Below, piece by piece: positions 40,909 to 51,347 of a stretch of 64,000 nt of DNA. Location: sequence record DRR378314_391; one strand, 5' to 3'. The position numbers were made by a program, and so were the translations under genes. Numbering within the stretch: position 1 is the first letter of the stretch; every line of letters starts with the position of its first letter. The notes under the pieces were generated by a model. That model ran no database searches and was not told where the DNA came from. It saw nothing but the letters and a program-made list of their open reading frames with translations.

Positions 40909-42822
40909 ATGCTAGCCCTGATGAAAAGCCTGATGAATTCCTTCGTCGGCAAGATTGTAGTCATGATCATCATCGCGGGGATGGCTTTCTGGGGTGTGGA
41001 CCAGATGTTCGCCCAGATTCGCGGTGGCCTCGGCTCGAACATGGCAGCGGCGGGCAGCCGTGGCTTTGACGCGGCGGCCTTTGATCGGCGGGTCGAGAGC
41101 GTGGTCCGGAACATCAATGCCGATTCCGAAGAACCGGTGACAAAGCCGGACCTGGTGGAACAGGGCATCATCGACCAGATCTTCAACATGGAAGCCGCCA
41201 AGCTGACCCTGCTTGGGTATGCCGACTCCATCGGGGTCCGCCCGTCCACAGATGCCGTGGTCGAGGAATTGAGAAACACGGACGCATTCAAGAACCCCCT
41301 TACCGGTTCCCTGGATCTGGACACTTACCGTCTGGTGCTGAACCAGAACCGGATCAGCCAGGCAGATTACGAGCAGCAGCTCTCCGACGATCTCACGATG
41401 GCTGCCATGCGCGATGCTGCCGGCGCTGCGATCTATCCGGCCAACACGCTGGCGGCGCTTCAGGGGCGGTATCTGGGCGAGTCCCGCAACGTGGCCTGGT
41501 TCATCCTGAACACCGATACACTGCCAGAGCCGGACGCCCCGACTGAAGAAGATGTCCGTGCCTATTACGATGAAAACCTCGAAGCCCTGAAACAGCCTGA
41601 GCGCCGCATGATCGATGTGCTGCGCATGTCCGCTGAAGACTTCCTCTCCGAAGTCACCGTGACCGATCAGGAAGTTGCCACGGTCTATGAGGCCAGCAAG
41701 TCCGAGCGCTTCTCGGAACCGGACACCCGCACCTATGTCGAGTTGCTGTTTGATACGCGCGAGGCTGCTCGCACCGCATTCGGCCTGCTCGCCGCTGGCT
41801 CAGACCCGGCATCCATTGAGGGCGTCGCCTCCCGCGAGACCAAGACCGGTCGCCGCGAAAGCGTCAGCGATCCCTTGCTCGCCGACGCCATGTTTGGCGC
41901 TGGCCGCCAGAGCGGCGCCCTGTTCGGCCCGGCCGAGCGCGGTGACCAATGGTTGGTAGCGCGTCTCATCTCCGTTCAGCCGGGCGCTGTCTTCCCGCTG
42001 GAACAGGTTGAAGGAGAGATCCGCGACCAGCTGTCCCGCGAGCGCGCATCGGTCCTGCTCTTCGACAAGATGGAAGCGCTCGACCGCGCCATCGGTGCCG
42101 GATACCCGCTCAGCCAGATTGCCGAAGATGTCGGCGTGCCGCTGATAACCTACGCTCCGGTCGATACGTCTGGCCGCACGCGTGACGGTGTCACCCTGCA
42201 CGGCCTGCTGCAGGCCGGGGAAGCCTTCCAGCAATCCTTCCAGATCGGTGTCGGCGATACCAGCAACCGGTTCGACATTGGCGAAGCAACCTATTTGACC
42301 TCGCCGCGCGAGATCATCGAAAGCTACACGCCGGAATTCGAGGAGCTGAGCGATCAGGTCCGCGCCGTTCTCGTGGCTCAGCGCCAGCAGAACAGCGTCC
42401 AATCCGCGCTCGACGACCTGACCAAGCGGATAGAGTCCGGCGAGACCACGCTGGAGGCCGAAGCCCGAGCAGCCGGAGAAGTGGTGGAAACACCGCTCGC
42501 TCCTGTCACTCGCCGGAATGCGGGCGAGGCGGGCCTGCCAAGCGCCGCCCTAGGCCAGATCTTCAACGGCAAGGAAGGCGATGTGTTCACCCTGCCAAGC
42601 CGGGCCGGTGACATGGTCATGGTGATGCAGCTGACCGAGGTCACGCCGCCGAACGAGGCCGAGCTGGCCGAACTGGCCCCACTGGCCAATTCCAATTTGC
42701 TTGCTGAACTCCAGAGCGACCTCATCGCGGCGACCGAGGCCGAGATCTCTGCCAGCATGAAGCTTCGCAAGAACCAGGGCGCCCTCAACGTCTACAAGGC
42801 ATCGATCTCGACCGAACAATGA
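40909..42822 (+). CDS. SurA-N/rotamase domain chaperone (PpiD-like)
   Basis: N-terminal TM (FWGV), YY..N......PERR; conserved position before trpE. Confidence 0.85.
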   Translation: MLALMKSLMNSFVGKIVVMIIIAGMAFWGVDQMFAQIRGGLGSNMAAAGSRGFDAAAFDRRVESVVRNINADSEEPVTKPDLVEQGIIDQIFNMEAAKLTLLGYADSIGVRPSTDAVVEELRNTDAFKNPLTGSLDLDTYRLVLNQNRISQADYEQQLSDDLTMAAMRDAAGAAIYPANTLAALQGRYLGESRNVAWFILNTDTLPEPDAPTEEDVRAYYDENLEALKQPERRMIDVLRMSAEDFLSEVTVTDQEVATVYEASKSERFSEPDTRTYVELLFDTREAARTAFGLLAAGSDPASIEGVASRETKTGRRESVSDPLLADAMFGAGRQSGALFGPAERGDQWLVARLISVQPGAVFPLEQVEGEIRDQLSRERASVLLFDKMEALDRAIGAGYPLSQIAEDVGVPLITYAPVDTSGRTRDGVTLHGLLQAGEAFQQSFQIGVGDTSNRFDIGEATYLTSPREIIESYTPEFEELSDQVRAVLVAQRQQNSVQSALDDLTKRIESGETTLEAEARAAGEVVETPLAPVTRRNAGEAGLPSAALGQIFNGKEGDVFTLPSRAGDMVMVMQLTEVTPPNEAELAELAPLANSNLLAELQSDLIAATEAEISASMKLRKNQGALNVYKASISTEQ

Positions 42823-44246
42823 GCACTGCACAGCTGATCGTCCGGCGCCGGATCGGGGATATCGAGACCCCGGTTGCGGCAATGCTGAAGCTCGGTGCGG
42901 AAACGCCCGGCAGCTTCCTGTTCGAATCCATTGCCGGGGGCGAACGCCTTGGCCGCTATTCCTTCATCGGGCTGGAGCCGGACCGCTGGTTCCGCATCCT
43001 CGATGGCAAGGCCCAGATCGCCAGCGATGCGGAGTTCTCGGATGCCCGCACGCTGGAAGCTGGACCGGTCGAAGCGCTGAAAGCGTTCGCCCGTGACGCC
43101 CGCGCGGAAGCCGATGAGGCCCTGCCGCCAATGGCCTCAGGCGCGTTTGGCTATGTCGGCTATGACATGATCCAGTATGTCGAGCCGGTGGAAATCACCA
43201 AGCCGGACATGCTGAACGTTCCCGAAGCGCTTCTGGTCATCCCGCGCGTCGTCATTGTGTTTGATCACATCTATCAGGAAATCCTGCTGATCGGCCGCGT
43301 CGAAGGCGGCAACAAGGCAGAGATCAACGCCCTGCTGGACGATGTGGAAACGCGACTGGAGCGCTTGCCCCAGATGCCGCCGAAGGATCAGGAGCCGGCC
43401 CCGGTCGACCTGCAATCCAACACATCGAAAGAGCGCTATTTCGAGATCGTGGATCGCTGCAAGGAGTACATTCGCGCAGGCGACATCTTCCAGGTGGTGC
43501 CGAGCCAGCGTTTCTCCGCGCCCTTCCCGCGCCAGTCGATCAGCTATTATCGCGCCCTGCGCCGTCTGAACCCGTCCGCCTTCATGTTCCACATGAACCT
43601 CGGCACGGTCAGTCTTGTCGGCTCCAGCCCGGAAATCCTCGTCCGCGTGCGTGATGGCCGCGTCGCCATCCGCCCCATTGCCGGCACCCGTCCGCGCAGT
43701 GGCAATGATGAAGAAGACGCCCGCCGCGCCGCGAGCCTTCTGGCCGATCCGAAAGAGATCGCCGAACACCTGATGCTGCTGGATCTTGGCCGCAATGATG
43801 TGGGCCGCGTTGCTGCCTATGGAAGTGTGACGGTTACGGAGCAATTCATCGTCGAGCGCTATTCCCACGTCATGCACATTGTGAGCCATGTTGAAGGGGA
43901 TCTGCGTGAGGGGCTCGACAGTGTCGACGCCTTGTTCGCGGGCTTCCCGGCAGGGACCGTCTCAGGCGCACCAAAGATCCGCGCCATGCAGATCATCAAC
44001 GAGATGGAATCCCACCGCCGCGGCATCTATGGCGGCGCTGTCGGGTATTTCGGCTGGAATGGTGATCTCGACACCTGTATCGCGCTGCGCACAGCCGTGC
44101 TGAAGGATGGCCAGCTGCACATTCAGGCTGGCGGAGGGGTCGTGCTCGATTCCAACCCTCAATACGAATATGATGAGACGGTCCACAAGGCAGGCGCCCT
44201 GAAGCGTGCAGCCGAACTGGCAGCAGCCTATGAGTTCGACCAATGA
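42819..44246 (+). CDS. trpE: Anthranilate synthase component I
   Basis: LFES..GGE..GRYS, GSSPE, PIAGTRPR, PAGTVSGAPK. Confidence 0.95.
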   Translation: MSTAQLIVRRRIGDIETPVAAMLKLGAETPGSFLFESIAGGERLGRYSFIGLEPDRWFRILDGKAQIASDAEFSDARTLEAGPVEALKAFARDARAEADEALPPMASGAFGYVGYDMIQYVEPVEITKPDMLNVPEALLVIPRVVIVFDHIYQEILLIGRVEGGNKAEINALLDDVETRLERLPQMPPKDQEPAPVDLQSNTSKERYFEIVDRCKEYIRAGDIFQVVPSQRFSAPFPRQSISYYRALRRLNPSAFMFHMNLGTVSLVGSSPEILVRVRDGRVAIRPIAGTRPRSGNDEEDARRAASLLADPKEIAEHLMLLDLGRNDVGRVAAYGSVTVTEQFIVERYSHVMHIVSHVEGDLREGLDSVDALFAGFPAGTVSGAPKIRAMQIINEMESHRRGIYGGAVGYFGWNGDLDTCIALRTAVLKDGQLHIQAGGGVVLDSNPQYEYDETVHKAGALKRAAELAAAYEFDQ

Positions 44247-44821
44247 GCCGGAAGAAAATCCTCGTCATCGACAATTATGACAGCTTCACCTGGAACCTCG
44301 TCCACTATCTGGAAGAGCTGGGCGCGGAGACACGCGTTGTCCGCAATGACGAACTGACCGTTGAAGAAGCGCTCGCCAGCGATGCCGATGGCGTGCTGTT
44401 GTCGCCGGGCCCGTGCTCGCCCAATGAGGCAGGCATCTGCGTCGCCCTGATTGAGCAGGCCCCGGATGATCTTCCGATCCTCGGCGTGTGCCTTGGTCAT
44501 CAATCCATTGGCCAGGCCTTTGGCGGCGAAGTGGTCACCGCCAGGGAAATCCGCCACGGAAAATTATCCGAGATCCGCCAGACGGGCGGAGACCTGTTCG
44601 ACGGCCTGCCGGAAACCTATCAAGTTGTCCGCTACCACTCGCTCGCCGTGAAGCCGGAAGACCTGCCGTCCGTGTTGGTCGCCGATGCGTTCACGGAGGA
44701 TGGAGAAGTCATGGCCCTGCACCACAAGACGCGGCCTGTCTACGGTGTGCAGTTCCATCCGGAAAGCATCCTCACCGAACACGGCCACGCCTTGCTGAAG
44801 AACTGGCTGGACCGGCTCTAG
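44243..44821 (+). CDS. trpG: Anthranilate synthase component II
   Basis: IDNYDSFT, SPGP, GVCLGHQ, QFHPES. Confidence 0.95.
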   Translation: MSRKKILVIDNYDSFTWNLVHYLEELGAETRVVRNDELTVEEALASDADGVLLSPGPCSPNEAGICVALIEQAPDDLPILGVCLGHQSIGQAFGGEVVTAREIRHGKLSEIRQTGGDLFDGLPETYQVVRYHSLAVKPEDLPSVLVADAFTEDGEVMALHHKTRPVYGVQFHPESILTEHGHALLKNWLDRL

Positions 44822-45294
44822 AAGCGCACCTCGAAATGCTCGCCAACGTCCGGCTTGTCGTCGGTCAGATTGGCTTTCGCAACTTCGTAGAAGAACTTTG
44901 CGCCGCCTTTTGATGTCCAGACTTCACCATAGTCGAGCGACAGCTTGAGCAGAAGAACGTCGGGATCCTGCTTGCCGTCTTCGTACCAGCTGGCGGCAAT
45001 GAAGCTCCAGTATTCGTCGAGCTTTTCCTTGTTGATCTCGGGCGTCAGGCGGCCTGACAGGCTGGCATAGAGGCCTTCCTTGTCATTGCACAGAACATAG
45101 TGCGCCTGCCCGCCCTTGGCGTTTTCCGCCATGTAGGTTCCCTTCGCCGTGATGAACCAGAGCTCGCGCTTGTTCTCATCGACATAGTGGGACATCGGCA
45201 CCGCGCGGCCTTCGATGACCAGCATGCCGGTCCGACAGTCTTCCAGACGGTCCCAGAAAGTTTCGGTCATGTCCTTGTCAGCGAGTTGGGTCAT
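44818..45294 (-). CDS. General stress protein (pyridoxamine 5'-phosphate oxidase-like FMN-binding)
   Basis: GML...VPM, LWFIT, LYASLSG, W...A.SW...GK.DP. Confidence 0.85.
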   Translation of the reverse strand: MTQLADKDMTETFWDRLEDCRTGMLVIEGRAVPMSHYVDENKRELWFITAKGTYMAENAKGGQAHYVLCNDKEGLYASLSGRLTPEINKEKLDEYWSFIAASWYEDGKQDPDVLLLKLSLDYGEVWTSKGGAKFFYEVAKANLTDDKPDVGEHFEVRF

Positions 45295-45327
45295 TGGGGA
45301 AAAGCTCCATGTTTGGGTTTCCTGTGC

Positions 45328-45352
45328 AACGCCTGCCTGCTGTCGTGGTTCC
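45328..45352 (-). promoter_or_regulatory. EcfG/sigmaT general stress promoter
   Basis: GGAAC-N16-CGTT on the minus strand ending 33 nt before the start. Confidence 0.8.
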
Positions 45353-45372
45353 GCATGACCACGCAACACCCT

Positions 45373-45398
45373 AAAAGAAAAGGGCCCCTGAGGGCCCT
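45373..45398 (-). terminator. Intrinsic terminator after the methyltransferase gene
   Basis: AGGGCCC-N4-GGGCCCT followed by a U-rich tract on the minus strand. Confidence 0.7.
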
Positions 45399-45423
45399 CT
45401 CCCGATACGGATGGATTGACCGC

Positions 45424-46431
45424 CTATTCAGGCTTGCGGAACCGCAGGGTCATGCGGTCGGACTCGCCAATCTTCGCAATCGCCTCGCGCTCCGGCGTGC
45501 CTTCCTCGGTCGTGGCGAAGCTTGGCGCGAGACGCCAGACAATGTCGCCCTCGCCCGCATCATCTGCCGGATTGCTATTGATCTCGCTCGACTCTTCGAG
45601 AACGAACCCGGCCGCCTCGAAACTGTCGACCACAAAGCTCGTCTTCAGGTATCCGGCATTGCCATCGGCCCAGGCATCCGGCGTATCTTCAGACGCGCGA
45701 TGCTGGACCACGCCGACTACGCCGCCCGGCTTCAGGATGCGATAGGTTTCAGCAATCGTCGCCGTATAGGTGCCAAGTTCTTCCTCGGTCCGGTTCAGAT
45801 TGTGCAGCGCGCGGATAAAGAGTGCCGCATCAGCCTTCTCCGCCTTGTCTTCCGGCAGCGTCGTCAGCTTGTAGTCATAGACTTTCGCGCCTTTCTCACC
45901 GGCCCATCCCTCGGCGGTTTCGACCCAGCCTTCCAGCTGCGCCAGAATACCGGCGACGCGCTCCTCATCTGCGCCGGGCAGGATACGGATCCACATCTCA
46001 TCGGGATAGTGCGCGCCGATCAGCTTGCCCTCCGGCCCGAGATACGGGAGCAGGATCTTGCTGTACCATCCGCGGCCCGGCAGCGCCTCGACCACCGTCA
46101 TGCCGGGTTCAATTCCAAAGAACTCCAGCGTCGCACCGGGATTGCGCGCGTCGTAACGGGCCTGCACCTCTTCCGGCTGCATGGCCAACGCCGCGGCGAG
46201 CGCAACGGAGTCGGACACGTTCATCGCGTCATCGACCGTTTCAGCCGCTTCGGCCATCTCGGCTTCAACCGCAGCCTCCACTTCCACGTCTTCTTCCGCG
46301 TCCATCACGGTTTCGACTTCGATCGTCTCTTCGACCACTGTCTCGTCCGTCATGTCGTCAGCAGGCGGCGTCTGGCACGCTGCGAGAAGTGCAATACCGG
46401 CTGCACCGGCGAGCAAATATCTGGGTTTCAT
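45424..46431 (-). CDS. Lipoprotein with class I SAM-dependent methyltransferase fold
   Basis: Lipobox LLAAC, acidic linker, RNP..TLEFFGI.PGMTVVEALPG.GWY, LKPGG, IGESDRMTLRF.KP. Confidence 0.85.
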   Translation of the reverse strand: MKPRYLLAGAAGIALLAACQTPPADDMTDETVVEETIEVETVMDAEEDVEVEAAVEAEMAEAAETVDDAMNVSDSVALAAALAMQPEEVQARYDARNPGATLEFFGIEPGMTVVEALPGRGWYSKILLPYLGPEGKLIGAHYPDEMWIRILPGADEERVAGILAQLEGWVETAEGWAGEKGAKVYDYKLTTLPEDKAEKADAALFIRALHNLNRTEEELGTYTATIAETYRILKPGGVVGVVQHRASEDTPDAWADGNAGYLKTSFVVDSFEAAGFVLEESSEINSNPADDAGEGDIVWRLAPSFATTEEGTPEREAIAKIGESDRMTLRFRKPE

Positions 46432-46635
46432 GGTGTCCTCCTCCATCAGGTTTCTGGTCTCTTGGAAATTCCCCTGTGGCGAGAGACTAGCCCAATCCGC
46501 CAGAAAACGCGATCAAGTCTTCGTGTAGGCTGGCTGAAAGCTGTGTGACGATCTGTGCGCCTGCGTCACTGACGGGCTTGATCAGGCAGGCTCCAAGCCC
46601 CTATGCAGGCGCGAAGAGAAACCGGAATTCCCGCC

Positions 46636-47667
46636 ATGTCCCAAGACAGTCTCACCACCGCCCTTCTGGCCATTGCCCGGCGCCAGCCGCTGGACTCTGA
46701 AACGCTGGAAGGCGCCTTCGACAAATTGCTGTCTGGCGAAGCTGCGCCAGAGGAAATTGGCGCTTTCCTGATGGGCCTTACCGTGCGCGGGGAAACCGCT
46801 GACGAACTTGCTGCCGGCGCGCGCATCATGCGCCAGCATGCCCGGAAAGTTCATGTGGAAGGTCCGGTGCTGGACACGTGCGGCACGGGTGGTCTTCCAT
46901 GGAAAAGCCTGAACACATCCACCGCCAGCGCCATCGTCATTGCCGCAGCGGGCGGGCGCGTCGCCAAGCATGGCAACCGGTCGGTGCCGCCGAAGACCGG
47001 CTCTGCGGACGTGTTGGAGGCGCTGGGCGTCAACCTAGACATGGATGAGGAGACCTTCCTCGATTGCCTGAATGGTTGCGGCGTCGCCTTCATGTTCGCG
47101 CGCAGTCATCACAGTGCCATGCGCCACGTCGCTCCGGTCCGCGCCAAGCTGGGCATTCGCACCATCTTCAACCTGCTTGGCCCGCTCAGCAATCCGGCCA
47201 GCGCGGAATACCAGGTGCTGGGTGTGTTCGCACCGGAATGGGTGCGCCCGATGGCTGATACGCTGGCGCGCCTCGGCACCCAGCGCGCCTGGGTCGTTCA
47301 TGGCATGGACGGCATTGATGAAATCTCCATCGCGGGAACCACCAGGGTCTGCGAAGTCACCCCTGACGGCGTGCGCGAGTTCGACCTGACCCCGGCCAAT
47401 GCCGGACTCGAGACCAGCCCGCTCTCGACGCTTGAAGGCGGCAGCCCGGCAGAGAATGCGCTGGCCATTACAGAGCTGTTTGACGGCCAGGAGGGCCCGT
47501 TCCGCGACGTGGTACTGCTGAACGCCGCTGCCGGCCTGCATGTCTTTGGAAAGGCTGACACGCTGAAACAAGGCGCAGACATGGCCGCGCAGGCCATCGA
47601 CAGTGGCAAGGCCCGCCAGACACTTCGCGCCCTCGCCGCACTTTCCAACGGACAGGACCCGGAATGA
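46636..47667 (+). CDS. trpD: Anthranilate phosphoribosyltransferase
   Basis: DTCGTGG, KHGNRS, RTIFNLLGPL.NP, DGIDEI. Confidence 0.96.
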   Translation: MSQDSLTTALLAIARRQPLDSETLEGAFDKLLSGEAAPEEIGAFLMGLTVRGETADELAAGARIMRQHARKVHVEGPVLDTCGTGGLPWKSLNTSTASAIVIAAAGGRVAKHGNRSVPPKTGSADVLEALGVNLDMDEETFLDCLNGCGVAFMFARSHHSAMRHVAPVRAKLGIRTIFNLLGPLSNPASAEYQVLGVFAPEWVRPMADTLARLGTQRAWVVHGMDGIDEISIAGTTRVCEVTPDGVREFDLTPANAGLETSPLSTLEGGSPAENALAITELFDGQEGPFRDVVLLNAAAGLHVFGKADTLKQGADMAAQAIDSGKARQTLRALAALSNGQDPE

Positions 47668-48467
47668 GCACAGCCCTTGATCGCATCATCGCCTACAAGG
47701 TGGATGAAGTTGCTGCCGCAAAGCGCGAGACGCCTCTGGCCGCACTTGAGGCACGCCTTCCGGATGCCAGCGCGCCGCGCGGCTTCGCCCAGTCCATGGC
47801 GCTGATTGCCGGCATCAACGAGAATGCCCTGATCTGTGAACTGAAGCGTAAGAGCCCCTCAGCGGGCGACATCCTGCCCGGTGCCGACCCGGTCGAGATT
47901 GCGCGTGAGTACGAAGCGGGCGGCGCTGCCTGTCTCTCCGTTCTGACAGACGGACCGAGCTTTGGCGGCAGTCTGGAAGACTTCGCCGCCATCCGGTCTG
48001 CGGTTACCCTGCCGATGCTGCGCAAGGATTTCATGATCGACCCCTATCAGGTGATCGAGTCCCGCGTTCATGGCGCAGACTGCATCCTGGTTATCATGGC
48101 CTGTCTCAGTGATGATCAGGCCAGCGAACTGACCAGCACAGCTCTGGAGCTGGGCATGGATGTCCTGCTCGAAACGCACAATGAGGATGAACTGGAGCGC
48201 GCCCTGCGGCTTCCGTCTCCGCTGATTGGCATCAACAATCGCGACCTGAAACGAATGGTGACCGATCTGACGACCACCGAACGACTCGCGCCGCTGGTGC
48301 CGGAGGACAAGGTGCTGATCTCCGAAAGCGGCGTTTCCTCGGCTCAAAGTATTGAAAGGCTGCGCGAGACTGGCGCACGGCGGTTCCTGATCGGCGAAAG
48401 TCTTATGAAAATGGGCATAAACCGTCAGAAAAGCGTAACGGAAATGAGGGTAGCTGGCACGAATTGA
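47664..48467 (+). CDS. trpC: Indole-3-glycerol phosphate synthase
   Basis: ELKRKSPS, LSVLTD, LRKDF, GINNRDL, ESG, LIGESLM. Confidence 0.96.
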   Translation: MSTALDRIIAYKVDEVAAAKRETPLAALEARLPDASAPRGFAQSMALIAGINENALICELKRKSPSAGDILPGADPVEIAREYEAGGAACLSVLTDGPSFGGSLEDFAAIRSAVTLPMLRKDFMIDPYQVIESRVHGADCILVIMACLSDDQASELTSTALELGMDVLLETHNEDELERALRLPSPLIGINNRDLKRMVTDLTTTERLAPLVPEDKVLISESGVSSAQSIERLRETGARRFLIGESLMKMGINRQKSVTEMRVAGTN

Positions 48468-48477
48468 CCCGAAGCAT

Positions 48478-48492
48478 GAACACATGTAGAAC
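48478..48492 (+). promoter_or_regulatory. Alphaproteobacterial LexA box
   Basis: GAAC-ACATGTA-GAAC upstream of lexA; a third GAAC follows at 48499. Confidence 0.85.
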
Positions 48493-48528
48493 ATAAGTGA
48501 ACAGAGATTCGCCCGAAGGGAGTCCCCC

Positions 48529-49209
48529 GTGCTGACTAGTAAACAAAAGGAATTGCTGCTCTTCATCAATGAGCGCATTCAGGAAACCGGCGTTTCGCCA
48601 TCTTTTGACGAAATGAAAGATGCGCTGAACCTTGCCTCCAAATCCGGTATTCACCGCCTGATCACGGCGCTTGAAGAGCGCGGGTTCATCCGGCGCCTCG
48701 CGCACCGGGCGCGCGCCCTTGAAGTGCTGAAATTGCCGGATGCCGTCGCGCCCGGCGCACCGCGTGGCCGGAAGGAATTCAAGCCCGCCCTCGTCGCAAC
48801 TGGCCAGCCAGCCCCTGCTCCGGCGGCAAATACCGTGCCCCTCATCGGTCGCATCGCAGCCGGTCTGCCGATTTCCGCGATCCAGCAGGAGAATGGCCAC
48901 GTCAATGCACCGGACGGCCTGTCCGATGGCGACGAACATTTCGCCCTCGAAGTTCAAGGCGACTCCATGATCGATGCCGGCATTTTGGAAGGCGACATTG
49001 TCGTTTGCCGCCGCACCGATACAGCCAATACGGGCGACATTGTCGTGGCGCTGATCGACGGTGAGGAAGCGACGCTGAAACGCCTGCGCCGCAAGGGCGC
49101 GTCGGTTGCTCTGGAAGCGGCCAACCCTGCTTTCGAAACCCGCATCTTCGGACCAGACCGCGTGCAGGTACAAGGCCGCCTTGTGGCCCTGATCCGTCGC
49201 TACGACTGA
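48529..49209 (+). CDS. lexA: LexA repressor
   Basis: [18 protein letters not shown] cleavage site, GDSM, TLK. Confidence 0.97.
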   Translation: MLTSKQKELLLFINERIQETGVSPSFDEMKDALNLASKSGIHRLITALEERGFIRRLAHRARALEVLKLPDAVAPGAPRGRKEFKPALVATGQPAPAPAANTVPLIGRIAAGLPISAIQQENGHVNAPDGLSDGDEHFALEVQGDSMIDAGILEGDIVVCRRTDTANTGDIVVALIDGEEATLKRLRRKGASVALEAANPAFETRIFGPDRVQVQGRLVALIRRYD

Positions 49210-51326
49210 CCTGAATCCTTTGAACATGGCTTCCAGGGCCGCGCCTTGCAGGGCGTGGCCCTTTGCGTTCTGGCACCGGTTGTGTCGATGGTCACGCCGC
49301 CCTGGCGGGATATGTCCGACCATGCCAGCGACGGCCCACACGCCTCACTTGGCCGCGTCATGACCAGATCCAGCGATACCTCGTCTGACGGCTCACAAGA
49401 CTGCTGACCCTCAAGCGAGCCCTCGTCTCCCTCCGGCGCGTTGAGACGGATGGGCCCGATCACACTGTCCAGGACACATGGCCAGTTCGTACACAAGCCT
49501 GAAGGCTCCAGCGTACTGAAGCGCATTGGCGACAGGCCATCCCCGTCGACATAGCTGATCTTCTCGATGTCGCCCCCCTTTAAGCGGACGAACACATCCC
49601 CGGATGCGGACCAGTGCAGCGCCAAGCCGGGGGCGGTGAACCACAGCCAGAGAGCCGGCCCGGTCAACGCCGCCGCAAAGATCCACCGCCAGACACCATG
49701 CGCCACGACTGCCGCCGCCAGCGCTGCCGTGAACAGGACAAGCGAAAGGTCTGGCATCTGTTTGCCCGGTGAGATGCCGTCTGGAGCCTGCGCCGTGCAC
49801 GTCTCGGCAATCCAGAGGATCGCCTCCAGCGAATAGCCGAACACGCGCAAGCCCAGATCGCCATACCCAAGCGGCGTGAGGATCAGTGCGGCAGCAGCGG
49901 CCGGCGCACTGACAAAGGTGATGATCGGCATCGCGGCCAGATTGGCAATCAGGCCCAGCCCGGCCAGACGGTCGAAATGGTAGAGCGCATAAGGCGCTGT
50001 TGCCGTGCCCGCGACCAGCGACGTTACGGCGAGTGACGCCCAGCTATAGCTTACCGATCCCATCACGCGATCCGATACTGCCCGTCGCGCCGTCCATGCT
50101 TCATAGGTCGCGATCAGGGCGCCGGATGCCGCAAAGGACATCTGGAAACCAGGCGACATCACGCTTTCCGGTTGCAGCAGGGTCACCAGAATCATGGCTA
50201 TGGCAAAGGAACGAAGGCTGAGCGCGGCCCGGTCGAACAGAACCGCGCCGAACACGACCGCCAGCATGATGAACGCGCGCTGGGTCGAGACTCCCGCGCC
50301 GGAGATCACCAGATAGGACAGGCTGGCCAGCAGGGCGATGATCGCCGCTGGCTTCTGGACAGGAACCCTCAGGGCCAGCGGTTCGATGCAGGCCAGCAGC
50401 CGCCGCATCAGGTAGAACACCAGCCCGCCGACGATTGCCATGTGCAGCCCTGAAATCGCCAGTAGGTGCGCAAGGCCCGAATTGCGCAGCGCCACCTGGT
50501 CCTCCACCGGCATGAAGCTGCGGTCACCGGAAACAAGCGCTGCCGCAAAGCCACCTGCACGCTCGCCTGCCGCCTCGTTGACATGCGCAGCCAATTGCCG
50601 GCGGAAGGCAGCGATATGCATCCGGACATCCGAAATGACGCCCCCGGGCGCACCCAGAGCCCCGCCCCTGCAACGCCCCTGAACATAGCCAACGCCGCCC
50701 AATTGCTCGAACCAGGCCTGTCGCCGGAAATCGTACTCACCCGCCACGCCCGGCGCAGGCGGCGGCCTCAGTACAGACCAGCACCTGACGAACCGGCCAG
50801 AAGAAACTTCCAGTCGCGAGCGATGCGTGACCCGCACGGTCTTCGGTGTTGCCTCAGGCGGCATCCCGGCAATGGCGTGAACCTCGATCCTCAGGCGCGG
50901 CCCCTTTGCACCGGTCTCGACCTCCGACAGCCAGCCTTCGACCATGACCGGCCCAGTCATCTCGGAAATGACCGGCGCCGCCACCAGACGCGCCCGCACC
51001 GCCCCGGCGCTCAGGCCCAGAACCACGCCAAAAGCCAGCCAGAGAACAAACTGAACCAGCGAGGGCGCCAGCAATCTCCGCCCTACAGCGATCAGGGCGA
51101 CCGCCAGCAAAGGCGCGAGCAGAATCGCCTCCATCGCCGGTTCAAATGGCATCGTGAAATAAGCCGCCGCGCCAGTCGCCATTGCAAAGGCCAGCAGGAG
51201 TGGCTGTGCATCCACCCCGGAAATCGCCCAGAAGCGCTGGCCGCTGACTGCACGCCAGAGGCCCTGCCCCTTGCCATTGGCCGGGGAGTTGTGTTTCTGC
51301 GGCGCAAGAGCATCACCCACAATCAT
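49200..51326 (-). CDS. comEC: ComEC/Rec2 competence protein (start uncertain)
   Basis: [26 protein letters not shown]; no clear metallo-beta-lactamase domain. Confidence 0.9.
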   Translation of the reverse strand: MIVGDALAPQKHNSPANGKGQGLWRAVSGQRFWAISGVDAQPLLLAFAMATGAAAYFTMPFEPAMEAILLAPLLAVALIAVGRRLLAPSLVQFVLWLAFGVVLGLSAGAVRARLVAAPVISEMTGPVMVEGWLSEVETGAKGPRLRIEVHAIAGMPPEATPKTVRVTHRSRLEVSSGRFVRCWSVLRPPPAPGVAGEYDFRRQAWFEQLGGVGYVQGRCRGGALGAPGGVISDVRMHIAAFRRQLAAHVNEAAGERAGGFAAALVSGDRSFMPVEDQVALRNSGLAHLLAISGLHMAIVGGLVFYLMRRLLACIEPLALRVPVQKPAAIIALLASLSYLVISGAGVSTQRAFIMLAVVFGAVLFDRAALSLRSFAIAMILVTLLQPESVMSPGFQMSFAASGALIATYEAWTARRAVSDRVMGSVSYSWASLAVTSLVAGTATAPYALYHFDRLAGLGLIANLAAMPIITFVSAPAAAAALILTPLGYGDLGLRVFGYSLEAILWIAETCTAQAPDGISPGKQMPDLSLVLFTAALAAAVVAHGVWRWIFAAALTGPALWLWFTAPGLALHWSASGDVFVRLKGGDIEKISYVDGDGLSPMRFSTLEPSGLCTNWPCVLDSVIGPIRLNAPEGDEGSLEGQQSCEPSDEVSLDLVMTRPSEACGPSLAWSDISRQGGVTIDTTGARTQRATPCKARPWKPCSKDSGQS

Positions 51327-51347
51327 AAATCGGAGCCTGCCTGTCCC

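Noticed and set aside
42780..42830. trp attenuator or leader peptide
   Set aside because: trpE overlaps the upstream gene stop (ATGA); no room for a leader
45100..46548. 482-aa plus-strand ORF
   Set aside because: Antisense shadow of the methyltransferase and stress genes
50466..51347. 294-aa N-terminal extension of GltX
   Set aside because: Antisense to comEC and low complexity; GltX homology begins at 51348
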